From an uncultured Clostridia bacterium (GTDB taxonomy: Bacteria > Bacillota > Clostridia > TANB77 > CAG-508): 64,000 bases of DNA. The position numbers and the translations under genes were made by a program. Positions 9,752 through 17,778 of this stretch are shown piece by piece. Location: NCBI GenBank assembly GCA_944389475.1, contig CALXMM010000003.1, positions 64,847-128,846 of the forward strand. The letters are read 5' to 3'. The notes under the pieces were generated by a model. That model saw only the letters and a program-made list of their open reading frames with translations, made no database searches and was not told the origin of the DNA. The first letter of the stretch is position 1, and the number at the start of each line of letters is the position of its first letter.

Positions 9752-10672
9752 TTATTTATTAATTTTACTAACTAAAATAGCTATTCCTAAAATAGATACC
9801 ATACCCATTACAAGATAAAATATTATTGAATCTCCGGTATGTGGATTTTCTACATTACTATTTCCTAAAGTATTTTCTTCTTTTGGCGTTTCTTCATCTT
9901 TAATTTCAGGATGTTTTTCTTCATAATCCTCAACATCTAATTGAGCTGAAGTTTCATTACTTGTATACAAAATATTATTATTTACATCTGTAACCACAAC
10001 CTTATTTCCACTTGCTAATATTTTATTCTCTGTATTATCAGTATTTTCTATTACAAATTTCTTTGTATTATCATTAGGGTCATTAGCTAAATGAATAACA
10101 TTATTTGCAGAATCAGATGATAATTTACCATTCATTATTAAAGTAGGTTCATTATTAGATGTTATAGATTTTGATTTTGAAATTTCTATACCGGTTTTAT
10201 TTCCTATTAATGATAAATTAATGATTTCCACAGTACCACCATTAACTAATACTCCACCATATGCATTGTTAGTAAGTGTTACTTGATTTAATATTATTTT
10301 TCCTCCATCATATGCTTGAACACCATATTTAGGACTATTTTTCAATGTTATATTTTTCAATTTGATTACACTACCAGTTGATACAGCTGACAAAATAGTT
10401 TTATTTCCAGATGTTCCCGTATAGCCTGCAGTTATACTATGGTTATTACCATTTATAGTTATTGATTTTCCAGATACCTCTATTGGAGCAGTTATAGTAA
10501 TATCTTTTGTTAAATTTATAACATCTCCATCTGTAGCACTACTAATGGCACTAATTAAAGATCTTTCATCACTTGCTGTCCTTTCTGTAGCATTACTTAT
10601 ATTAGGTATTATTAATAAAGAAATAGCTAATAATATTATTAATAAAACTTTAAAATAAAATTTATTTTTCAT
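9752..10672 (-). CDS. Secreted right-handed beta-helix (pectate-lyase-fold-like) protein with an NPHTG sorting signal
   Basis: Signal peptide, then repeated ..I.L.NITL.N....G... turns. The C-terminus has NPHTGD (nt 9831-9848), a hydrophobic stretch and a KINK tail, which is a tripartite wall-sorting signal of the NPxTG (SrtB) type. Confidence 0.7.
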   Translation of the reverse strand: MKNKFYFKVLLIILLAISLLIIPNISNATERTASDERSLISAISSATDGDVINLTKDITITAPIEVSGKSITINGNNHSITAGYTGTSGNKTILSAVSTGSVIKLKNITLKNSPKYGVQAYDGGKIILNQVTLTNNAYGGVLVNGGTVEIINLSLIGNKTGIEISKSKSITSNNEPTLIMNGKLSSDSANNVIHLANDPNDNTKKFVIENTDNTENKILASGNKVVVTDVNNNILYTSNETSAQLDVEDYEEKHPEIKDEETPKEENTLGNSNVENPHTGDSIIFYLVMGMVSILGIAILVSKINK

Positions 10673-10887
10673 TTTTTCCTCCTCATAAATAATTGCATAT
10701 TTTCAAATTTTTAATATGTTTACTATTATTATTTCTTTTTTTACTTATTTTTTATTCATGAAAAGAATTTTATTTTATGTTAATATTAGTAGATTAAGGA
10801 AATATTTATTTTAATTAAACAATTGATTTTTTATAGAAATAATATTATAATAAGATAGTGTCTTTAACACTAGTAGAAAGGAAAATT

Positions 10888-11274
10888 ATGCATCGGCATA
10901 AGTCCAAGTTCAGTGATGAAACAATCGTTTATATCCTTATCGCCATTGCGGCATTGTTCATGGGTATAAGCATTGCTCTTCCCCTTGTTGCAAACTTTCA
11001 CGAACAGGTATATATTGCAACAGTAACTGACAAAGATATAAAGACCTATAGCCACTCATCTAAGTATCTGGTTTATACCCAAACCGAAGAAGGCAAAACC
11101 AAAGTCTTCTCTGTGGAGGACTCTCCGGCGAGACTTAGGTGGAATTCTTCTGATGTTTATTCAGAAATTGGTGTAGGCAAAACATACCGATTTACTACTA
11201 TTGGATTCAGAATTGAGTTCCTTAGTATGTATGAAAACATAATTGATTTTCAAGAACTCAGCAGTGGTTATTAA
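10888..11274 (+). CDS. Small N-terminally anchored protein, compositionally atypical (possibly DUF1523-like)
   Basis: ATG with a GAAAGGAAA RBS and one TM. GC is visibly higher (about 40%) than the flanks. A strong terminator follows. Confidence 0.45.
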   Translation: MHRHKSKFSDETIVYILIAIAALFMGISIALPLVANFHEQVYIATVTDKDIKTYSHSSKYLVYTQTEEGKTKVFSVEDSPARLRWNSSDVYSEIGVGKTYRFTTIGFRIEFLSMYENIIDFQELSSGY

Positions 11275-11289
11275 CTGACTACATGCTGA

Positions 11290-11326
11290 ATCCCACAAGT
11301 TCAAATGAATCTTGTGGGATTTTTTA
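11290..11326 (+). terminator. Rho-independent terminator
   Basis: ATCCCACAAG-loop-CTTGTGGGAT followed by TTTTT. Confidence 0.65.
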
Positions 11327-11370
11327 ATATTACAAGCATTAAATTATTTTTTCATTCTAAAATAAGCAGA

Positions 11371-11407
11371 AAAAAATCTTATACGAACAATTCGTATAAG
11401 ATTTTTT
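11371..11407 (-). terminator. Terminator immediately 3' of tRNA-Arg
   Basis: ATCTTATACGAA-caa-TTCGTATAAGAT flanked by A and T runs. It abuts the CCA end of the tRNA on the minus strand. Confidence 0.55.
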
Positions 11408-11484
11408 TGGTGAGCCAGAAGGGATTCGAACCCCCGACCCTCGGCTTAGAAGGCCGATGCTCTATCCAACTGAGCTACTGACCC
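11408..11484 (-). tRNA. tRNA-Arg (anticodon UCU)
   Basis: Reverse complement GGGTCAGTAGCTCAGTTGGATAGAGCATCGGCCTTCTAAGCCGAGGGTCGGGGGTTCGAATCCCTTCTGGCTCACCA. It folds into a cloverleaf with a CU-UCU-AA anticodon loop, a GGTTCGAATCC T-arm and an encoded CCA. Confidence 0.85.
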
Positions 11485-11601
11485 ATTTCCTCGAACAAGA
11501 TACATAATACCATTTTTTCCTTATCCTGTCAATAGCTTACTTCAAAAAAAATGTTTTTTCCCGCAAAAAAGCACAAAATAAGCAACATTTTAAAATGTTG
11601 C

Positions 11602-11790
11602 TTATTTATCTTCATCATCTTTATTATCTTCCTCTTTTTCCTCTTCTTCTTGCTTTCTTTCTTTAGGAATAATAATTTCTTTCTTTTTTTCCGTATTTGG
11701 TTTTTCAATATCTAAATTCTCATAAACTTGTGATATTTCTAAATCATCACCATTACCATTTACAATTTCTATTTTTTTATCATCTGACAT
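11602..11790 (-). CDS. Small highly acidic protein (62 aa), unknown function
   Basis: GAGGTGA RBS 5 nt upstream of the ATG and its own terminator hairpin (about 11565-11605). Low-complexity E/K/D-rich C-terminus. Confidence 0.45.
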   Translation of the reverse strand: MSDDKKIEIVNGNGDDLEISQVYENLDIEKPNTEKKKEIIIPKERKQEEEEKEEDNKDDEDK

Positions 11791-11899
11791 AAAATCACCT
11801 CATTTTTTTAAATAGTAACATATATTATTTTATTTTTCAAATATTTTTAATTATTTTTTATGATATTCTCACAATTTTTGTTTTACTAGTTCAAAAAAG

Positions 11900-12066
11900 T
11901 TTTCCACAAAAATTTTTATCGTTTTTTGTAGTTTTTTGTAAGTTTTATGTCTATTGTGTGATTATCCACATAGTTATCCACATTATCCACCCTTTCATAG
12001 TAAGTGATTCATGTTATCTGCTATTTTTTTATCCACTTTTATTTTTTATATTCCACAATTTCCACA
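11900..12066 (+). promoter_or_regulatory. Cluster of same-orientation DnaA boxes
   Basis: TTATCCACA at 11962-11970 and 11974-11982 (both perfect). One-mismatch boxes at 11900-11908, 11983-11991 and 12029-12037. Two-mismatch boxes at 12049-12057 and 12058-12066. Phased 10-bp T-tracts lie at 11921-11950. Confidence 0.6.
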
Positions 12067-12269
12067 TATTTTTTTCAACAGTTAAAAGTATTCAAATACA
12101 AGCATTTCTAAAAATCTTTCAAAAAATCATGTGAATATCTTATTTTAACGTTATGTATACTTGTATGATATTAAAATGTTTTCACCATATGTAAATTGTC
12201 CTTTAAAAGTCTTTTTTTCGTTTACACTGGCACTAATTAACTTTAGTACATTTTCTTTTTCCTATACCA

Positions 12270-12304
12270 TAAAAAAAGGATTTTGAGAATCATCCCAAAA
12301 TCCT
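12270..12304 (-). terminator. Rho-independent terminator of gdpP
   Basis: AGGATTTTG...CAAAATCCT stem followed by a T7 run on the minus strand, 30 nt after the gdpP stop. Confidence 0.65.
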
Positions 12305-12334
12305 AATTAGAGAACATGTCTTGTCGCTTAATCC

Positions 12335-14338
12335 TTATTCTATTTCTGCAAAATATTCATTAATTCTATTTATTAATTCTTGTTTTACTTCTTCTATTGT
12401 CATTCCTTCTACTTGTGCCCCGGCTAATGTAATATGACCGCCGCCACCTAGTTTTTCTAATATAATTTGAACATTAACATCTCCAATAGATCTACCACTT
12501 ATACATATCTTGTCCCCTACATTTCCCAATACAAATGAGGCAGTAATATCAGAAATTGTTAATAATTCATCCGCTGCTTTAGCACAAATTAAATTTGCAT
12601 CTTTGTCCTCTTTTTCGTACACAGCAATTGCAATAGAGTTATCCAACATCTCAGCATTTTTTACTATATTTGCTATTTCATTATAGCTCTTCAAGTCACT
12701 TTGGAACCATTTTTTTACTCTAATTATATCCACTCCACATTTACGTAGATATGCTGCTGCTTCAAAAGTTCTTACACCTGTTTTAAAAGTAAAGTTTTTA
12801 GTATCAACCATAATTCCACCATACAAGCCTTCTACTTCAATAGTCTTTAATTTTACTTTAACATCTGTATATTGTAAAATTTCAGTTACTAATTCAGAAG
12901 CAGAAGATGCATATACTTCTTGGAATGTTAGTGTTGCATCCTCTATATAATCCGTACTTCTTCTATGATGGTCTATAATAACTATTTGACCAACTTTATC
13001 TAATAATTCTGGTACTTCTACATAATTTTTCTTATGCGTATCTGTAATTACTAATAATGTTTTATTTGTTGCTTTGCTTAAAGCTTCATTTTTACCAATT
13101 ATTGCAGTTTTATATTCATCATCTTTTTGAAGTTCATCTATGAACTTCTTTAATGTCATACCATTCGTGTTATTAACAATATTTACATCCTTCTCTAAAG
13201 TCTTAGCTAAACGATAAATTCCAAGACTAGAACCCATAGAATCTATATCTCCATTAGTATGTCCCATAACTAAAACATTGTCAGATTCCTTGATTAAGTT
13301 TTCTAAAGCATGTGCTACTGTTCTAGCTTTTACTTTTGTTCTCTTCTCTACTTCCTCTGTTCTTCCACCGAAGAAAACATATTTACCATTTTCCTTTACA
13401 ACAGCTTGGTCTCCACCTCTTCCAAGAACAATATCCATGCTCTCCAATGCTGTTTTATATTTTTCGTAATAAGTTTCACCATCTGTTGATATTGCAATGC
13501 TTAACGTTAATTGAATACCGCCTTCTACATTAATATCTTTAATCTTATCTAAGATGTCAAATTTGTTATTTTTAATTTCTTTAAGATATTTATATTCAAA
13601 AACATATACGAAAGTATTTCTGTCATTTTTTATTACAACCCCACCTGTCTCAGAGGTCCAATCATAAATTACCTTTTCAATCTCTGCAACTATTTGAGGT
13701 CTATTTTCTACATCTATTCTTTGAATAATTTCCTCATAATTATCAACCATTAAAATACCAACACATGTTTTTGCATCTTCATATTTCTTCTTATTCTTAA
13801 CAGCTTGAGTTATATCCAAGAAATATAAAATAGTTATATATTCAGATTTATCATTTTGCTTTGACCTAATATATTCACCTAAAATTTTATAAACTTTATT
13901 TCCAATTTGCACATTTTTACTAATAGTTTTCTGCTTTTTATCCTGCTCAGCTTCTATATCTTCTTTTATTTCCTCTAAGATATCTATTAGATAATTATTT
14001 ATATCTATATTAGCGAATTCATACACAAATTTTGAACTTTTCCAAATAATATTTCCTGTAGTTTCCATAATAATTAAAGGAAATGGTGAGTTAATCAAAG
14101 ATTTCTTAGCAGTTCCATCCATTGTCATAGTTAAATTCTGTATTTGCCTAGATAACTCTGCATTTCTCTTATTATTTGTCCAATAAGAATATATCAAAAT
14201 TAGTACAAACAATACAATACCGGGTATTATAAATACTGGTTTATTTATACATATAATAATTATTAAAAGTGCTATAATTGCTAAATATATTTTTGTCCTT
14301 GATGTTATCTTTTCAAGAAATCTATTATTATTCAGCAT
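12335..14338 (-). CDS. gdpP: Cyclic-di-AMP phosphodiesterase GdpP (DHH/DHHA1)
   Basis: Two N-terminal TMs and a PAS/degenerate-GGDEF region. DHH motifs GHTNGDIDSMGS, DHHRR and GGGGH are present. 667 aa. Confidence 0.9.
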   Translation of the reverse strand: MLNNNRFLEKITSRTKIYLAIIALLIIIICINKPVFIIPGIVLFVLILIYSYWTNNKRNAELSRQIQNLTMTMDGTAKKSLINSPFPLIIMETTGNIIWKSSKFVYEFANIDINNYLIDILEEIKEDIEAEQDKKQKTISKNVQIGNKVYKILGEYIRSKQNDKSEYITILYFLDITQAVKNKKKYEDAKTCVGILMVDNYEEIIQRIDVENRPQIVAEIEKVIYDWTSETGGVVIKNDRNTFVYVFEYKYLKEIKNNKFDILDKIKDINVEGGIQLTLSIAISTDGETYYEKYKTALESMDIVLGRGGDQAVVKENGKYVFFGGRTEEVEKRTKVKARTVAHALENLIKESDNVLVMGHTNGDIDSMGSSLGIYRLAKTLEKDVNIVNNTNGMTLKKFIDELQKDDEYKTAIIGKNEALSKATNKTLLVITDTHKKNYVEVPELLDKVGQIVIIDHHRRSTDYIEDATLTFQEVYASSASELVTEILQYTDVKVKLKTIEVEGLYGGIMVDTKNFTFKTGVRTFEAAAYLRKCGVDIIRVKKWFQSDLKSYNEIANIVKNAEMLDNSIAIAVYEKEDKDANLICAKAADELLTISDITASFVLGNVGDKICISGRSIGDVNVQIILEKLGGGGHITLAGAQVEGMTIEEVKQELINRINEYFAEIE

Positions 14339-14392
14339 ACAATTCTCCTTTTATTTTTTTCACTAATTTCCCTTTAATTGTACGCTATTTTT

Positions 14393-14524
14393 GGATTATT
14401 GTCAACTTTGGACTTTAGGTTCCATACTCCTAGAGTAGATTATATTAACTTTTTAACTTTGGATTTTATTCCTCTATATCAGATTATGTTAACTTTTTGA
14501 ACTTTAAGGTCCGTCCCTAAAGTT
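14393..14524. repeat. Three tandem copies of a 44-bp intergenic repeat
   Basis: GATTAT occurs at 14394, 14438 and 14482 (period 44). The units share GATTATnTTAAC(TTTTTn)AACTTTGGAnTTTAnnTTCC.... The array lies between the ypeB stop and the gdpP start. Confidence 0.6.
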
Positions 14525-15915
14525 CACATTGTTAATGTTCCGTTTGGGGTATTTACAATTGTTAATATGTCCTCTTCTTTTCCTGTTTCAGCATTTATAT
14601 ATACTAAGAAGTCTGTTCCATCAACAGTGCCTTTAAATTCCCAACAAAATATTTCTGTTTTGTACTCGGTTGGAATATATGCTAATCCCTCTGATTTTAT
14701 TTCCAAATTTTTATTTAATTTAGCCTTGGCTTCTTCTTTTGAAATCTTTACTTGTGGAATAGTTCTCTCTGTATGAGAATTTAAATATCCATGTGTTTCT
14801 ATTCCCAATATATCACCATTGTCCAATGCTACTTTCACCTTTATTAAATCTGGATACATTGTTACATCATTTTGAACATATGCATAATTAATTGTCATTA
14901 TTCCTTCTTCTTTTAAATAGTACGTTCGTTTCATATTTGCAAATCCCTTAGAATTTAAAAAGTCAAGTGCTATTTTATTTGCAGTCTCATCATCTATATT
15001 TTCTACTTCAACACTCCTATTAAAATTGCTAAATAAAACATGTCCACCTTTTTTAGTAATAGATATTGAAAGCTCATTATTATCATCTTGATTGTTTAAT
15101 TTCATGTTAAAATCATAAGTTGGAATATCCGCATTCTCTGCTAATCCATTAGAATGCACTTCTTTAATCTGGTCCCTACCTACAAAATCCATAGCAATAT
15201 TCTTAGCGGTCTCTTCATCTATATCATCACCAGTTAATCCAACCTTTTCCGCTTTTGTTACATGTTCAGAAAAAGCTCCATCATATATTAGTCCTGCATA
15301 CTCATGAAATTCCTGCTCTATATTTCCAAAACTATCTTTCGAAATATTACTAACTTGCTGTGCAAAAACACCACTACCTTTTTTAGTAAGTTCTCCCCAC
15401 TTTACTCTACCATCATTTATATCATTTGATAATTGGTTTAATACATTTTCCAAATTCACACTATACTCATGTAATTCCTTTAAATTATCTAAATCCTCCT
15501 GTGATAAAGCTTCATTATTAATATTTTTTCTAGATAAAGAATAGCTATAATCACTAACTTGGTTCAAAAACTTTGATGTGTTTTCTAGCTCATTACTACT
15601 TATTGGCAATTGTGATAAATATGTTTGAGCCAAATTTGCCTCTTTCCATACATTTGTTAATGTCTCTGCACCATGTTCTGGTGATGTAGAAATTAATGAC
15701 TTTCCTAAATAATTTTCAACATTTTGTACATTATCCACAAGCTCATAAAAAGCTTGATTATATGAATTTTCTGATGCTTGCCTATACTCTGTTTGTTTTT
15801 TATAACTCACCATTGCAAGCACTGCAATAACCGCAATTAAAGTAACAATAATTGTTAACATATGCCTATCCTTTAACCTATTTTTCCAATCCATAACTTT
15901 CTCTTTTATCCCCAT
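14524..15915 (-). CDS. ypeB: Germination protein YpeB
   Basis: N-terminal TM, a conserved SENSYNQAFYELVDNV...LSQLP region and C-terminal PepSY-like repeats. It lies directly downstream of sleB. Confidence 0.85.
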   Translation of the reverse strand: MGIKEKVMDWKNRLKDRHMLTIIVTLIAVIAVLAMVSYKKQTEYRQASENSYNQAFYELVDNVQNVENYLGKSLISTSPEHGAETLTNVWKEANLAQTYLSQLPISSNELENTSKFLNQVSDYSYSLSRKNINNEALSQEDLDNLKELHEYSVNLENVLNQLSNDINDGRVKWGELTKKGSGVFAQQVSNISKDSFGNIEQEFHEYAGLIYDGAFSEHVTKAEKVGLTGDDIDEETAKNIAMDFVGRDQIKEVHSNGLAENADIPTYDFNMKLNNQDDNNELSISITKKGGHVLFSNFNRSVEVENIDDETANKIALDFLNSKGFANMKRTYYLKEEGIMTINYAYVQNDVTMYPDLIKVKVALDNGDILGIETHGYLNSHTERTIPQVKISKEEAKAKLNKNLEIKSEGLAYIPTEYKTEIFCWEFKGTVDGTDFLVYINAETGKEEDILTIVNTPNGTLTM

Positions 15916-15973
15916 TGTTTTCCTCCTATCTTTTTTATAATGTTTTAAATTTACATTATCTCTAAATTAATTT

Positions 15974-16447
15974 TTATTTACAAAATCTATGTTTACCAAT
16001 TTGCTTAATAAGTGGTCTAGACCAAATCCACTTATTGGTTGCTGTATCGGGATTAAAATAATATATAGCTCCACCTGTTGGGTCCCATCCATTCATTGCA
16101 TCCTTTGCAGCCTTGTATACTGTAGAATCCTGCGCTATTGGTACATTTATTTGTCCATCAGCCACAGCAGTAAAAGCTCCCGGTTCATAAATAACTCCTG
16201 CAATAGTATTTGGGAAACTAGAACTTTTCACCCTATTTAGAATAACTGCACCAACTGCAACTTGTCCCTCGTATGGTTCACCTCTCGCCTCACCATTTAT
16301 TGCTCTAGCCATTAACTGCAAATCCGATGCAGAACTACTAGATGCAGCATACGATTTATTTCCTTCATTGTTTGATATAAAATTCACCAAAAATATTAAT
16401 AATAAAACTGCAAGCATTAGGAATACTATCTTATAAAATCTTTTCAC
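15974..16447 (-). CDS. sleB: Spore cortex-lytic enzyme SleB/CwlJ family (Hydrolase_2)
   Basis: LMARAINGEARGEPYEGQVAVGAVILNRV...FPNTIAGVIYEPGAFTAV. Start set at the GTG (16447), 8 nt after GGAGG. The gene is paired with ypeB. Confidence 0.8.
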   Translation of the reverse strand: MKRFYKIVFLMLAVLLLIFLVNFISNNEGNKSYAASSSSASDLQLMARAINGEARGEPYEGQVAVGAVILNRVKSSSFPNTIAGVIYEPGAFTAVADGQINVPIAQDSTVYKAAKDAMNGWDPTGGAIYYFNPDTATNKWIWSRPLIKQIGKHRFCK

Positions 16448-16512
16448 CCTTTTTCCTCCCATCTTAAGCATTGTATTTACTTGTGAAATTTACCATAAAT
16501 TATTCTTTTAAG

Positions 16513-16541
16513 TATTTTGTGTAAAAATTTCATATTTATTC
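16513..16541 (-). promoter_or_regulatory. Possible forespore (sigma-G/F type) promoter of sleB-ypeB
   Basis: The minus strand reads GAATA-N17-CAAAATA, compared with the GHATR-N17/18-CATnHTA consensus. This is motif similarity only. Confidence 0.3.
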
Positions 16542-16616
16542 AACTTTAACTATTAATTTTTTTAAGTTTGTGATAAAATTTCAATTGATTAAAAGTCTTG
16601 AAAATGGAGAGGGAAA

Positions 16617-17741
16617 ATGAAAAAAGTCTTAATATTTTATGCATCGTATGGTGGAGGACACTTATCAGCTGCAAATGCGATTAATGATTATATAAAAACA
16701 AATTATTCAGATGTAGAAACAGAAATAATTGACTGTATGAAATATGTAAATAAACATTTAGAGAAAATAACAACTGCTGCATACAAAGAAATGGCAAAAA
16801 AAGCACCTTGGGCATGGGGAACTATATATTATACTTCACAAAGAGGACCGGTTGCAGAAATCTCGAGTGCATCAAATAAATTATTAGCACGTAAATTAAA
16901 TATTTTATTACAAGAGTATCAACCAGATTTAATTATTTCTACACATCCTTTTGCAAGTCAAATGTGTAGTTTTTTAAAGAAACACAAGAAAATTGATTGT
17001 AAAATAGCATCTGTAATGACAGACTTTGCACCACACGACCAATGGTTAGTAGGAAAAAAATGTATTGATTACTTCTTTGTATCACATAATAAGATGAAAG
17101 AAGATTTAATTAAAAGGAAAGTACCAGCAGAAAAAATATATGTTACTGGAATTCCTCTATCAAATAAATTTTTATTACATTTTGACAGGAAAAAAATTTT
17201 AAAAGAATTTGGATTAAAAGAAAATAAAAAAACAATCCTTTTCTTTGGTGGTGGAGAATTTGGACTTGGAAAAAACAAAACTCTAAAAGTTTTAAGTTCT
17301 CTTTTAAATGATTTCGATAACATACAAATTGTTGCAATTTCGGGAAAGAATGAAAAAATGAAAAACAAATTCGAAGAACTCGCAAATAATTCTAACAAAT
17401 CGGAAGACATAAAAATAATGGAATATACGAATAGTGTACCAGAATTAATGAGTGTTTCGGATTTAGTTATAACAAAGCCTGGCGGTCTAACTACATCAGA
17501 AAGCTTAGCCTCTGGACTTCCTATTATAGTTATAAACCCAATTCCTGGTCAAGAATTTCAAAATGCTGAATTTCTTGAAAAAAAAGGTGTTGGAATTTGG
17601 ATTAAATCAAATAATAATATAAGTAGTACATTACGTTCATTACTTAATAATCCAGAAAAATTTAAACAAATGAAAATTAATGCAAAATTGCTTGCAAAAA
17701 AATATTCTACACGAGATATTTGTAAAATACTTTTAGGATAA
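16617..17741 (+). CDS. Diacylglycerol glycosyltransferase (MGDG synthase / UgtP-like, GT28)
   Basis: N-terminal IFYASYGGGHLSAANAI motif and C-terminal KPGGLTTSESLASGLP motif. Confidence 0.75.
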   Translation: MKKVLIFYASYGGGHLSAANAINDYIKTNYSDVETEIIDCMKYVNKHLEKITTAAYKEMAKKAPWAWGTIYYTSQRGPVAEISSASNKLLARKLNILLQEYQPDLIISTHPFASQMCSFLKKHKKIDCKIASVMTDFAPHDQWLVGKKCIDYFFVSHNKMKEDLIKRKVPAEKIYVTGIPLSNKFLLHFDRKKILKEFGLKENKKTILFFGGGEFGLGKNKTLKVLSSLLNDFDNIQIVAISGKNEKMKNKFEELANNSNKSEDIKIMEYTNSVPELMSVSDLVITKPGGLTTSESLASGLPIIVINPIPGQEFQNAEFLEKKGVGIWIKSNNNISSTLRSLLNNPEKFKQMKINAKLLAKKYSTRDICKILLG

Positions 17742-17778
17742 TTTATCTTGGCAAGCTAAAATTTAAGGAGGTTTTAAA

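Noticed and set aside
11800-12270. The DnaA-box cluster and AT-rich flank considered as the chromosomal origin (oriC).
   Set aside because: There is no dnaA or dnaN nearby. Genes on both sides of the cluster are predominantly on the minus strand, whereas a true origin should show a switch in gene-strand bias. I could not discern a DnaA-trio or GC-clamp arrangement. It is more consistent with a secondary DnaA-box cluster or a DnaA-regulated promoter.
14393-14524. The tandem repeats considered as a CRISPR array.
   Set aside because: The units are contiguous, with no unique spacers, and are degenerate. There are only three copies and no cas genes.
17742-17778. M-box (ykoK) magnesium riboswitch upstream of mgtA.
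   Set aside because: Only 37 nt separate the upstream glycosyltransferase stop from the mgtA GTG, which leaves no room for an aptamer of about 160 nt.
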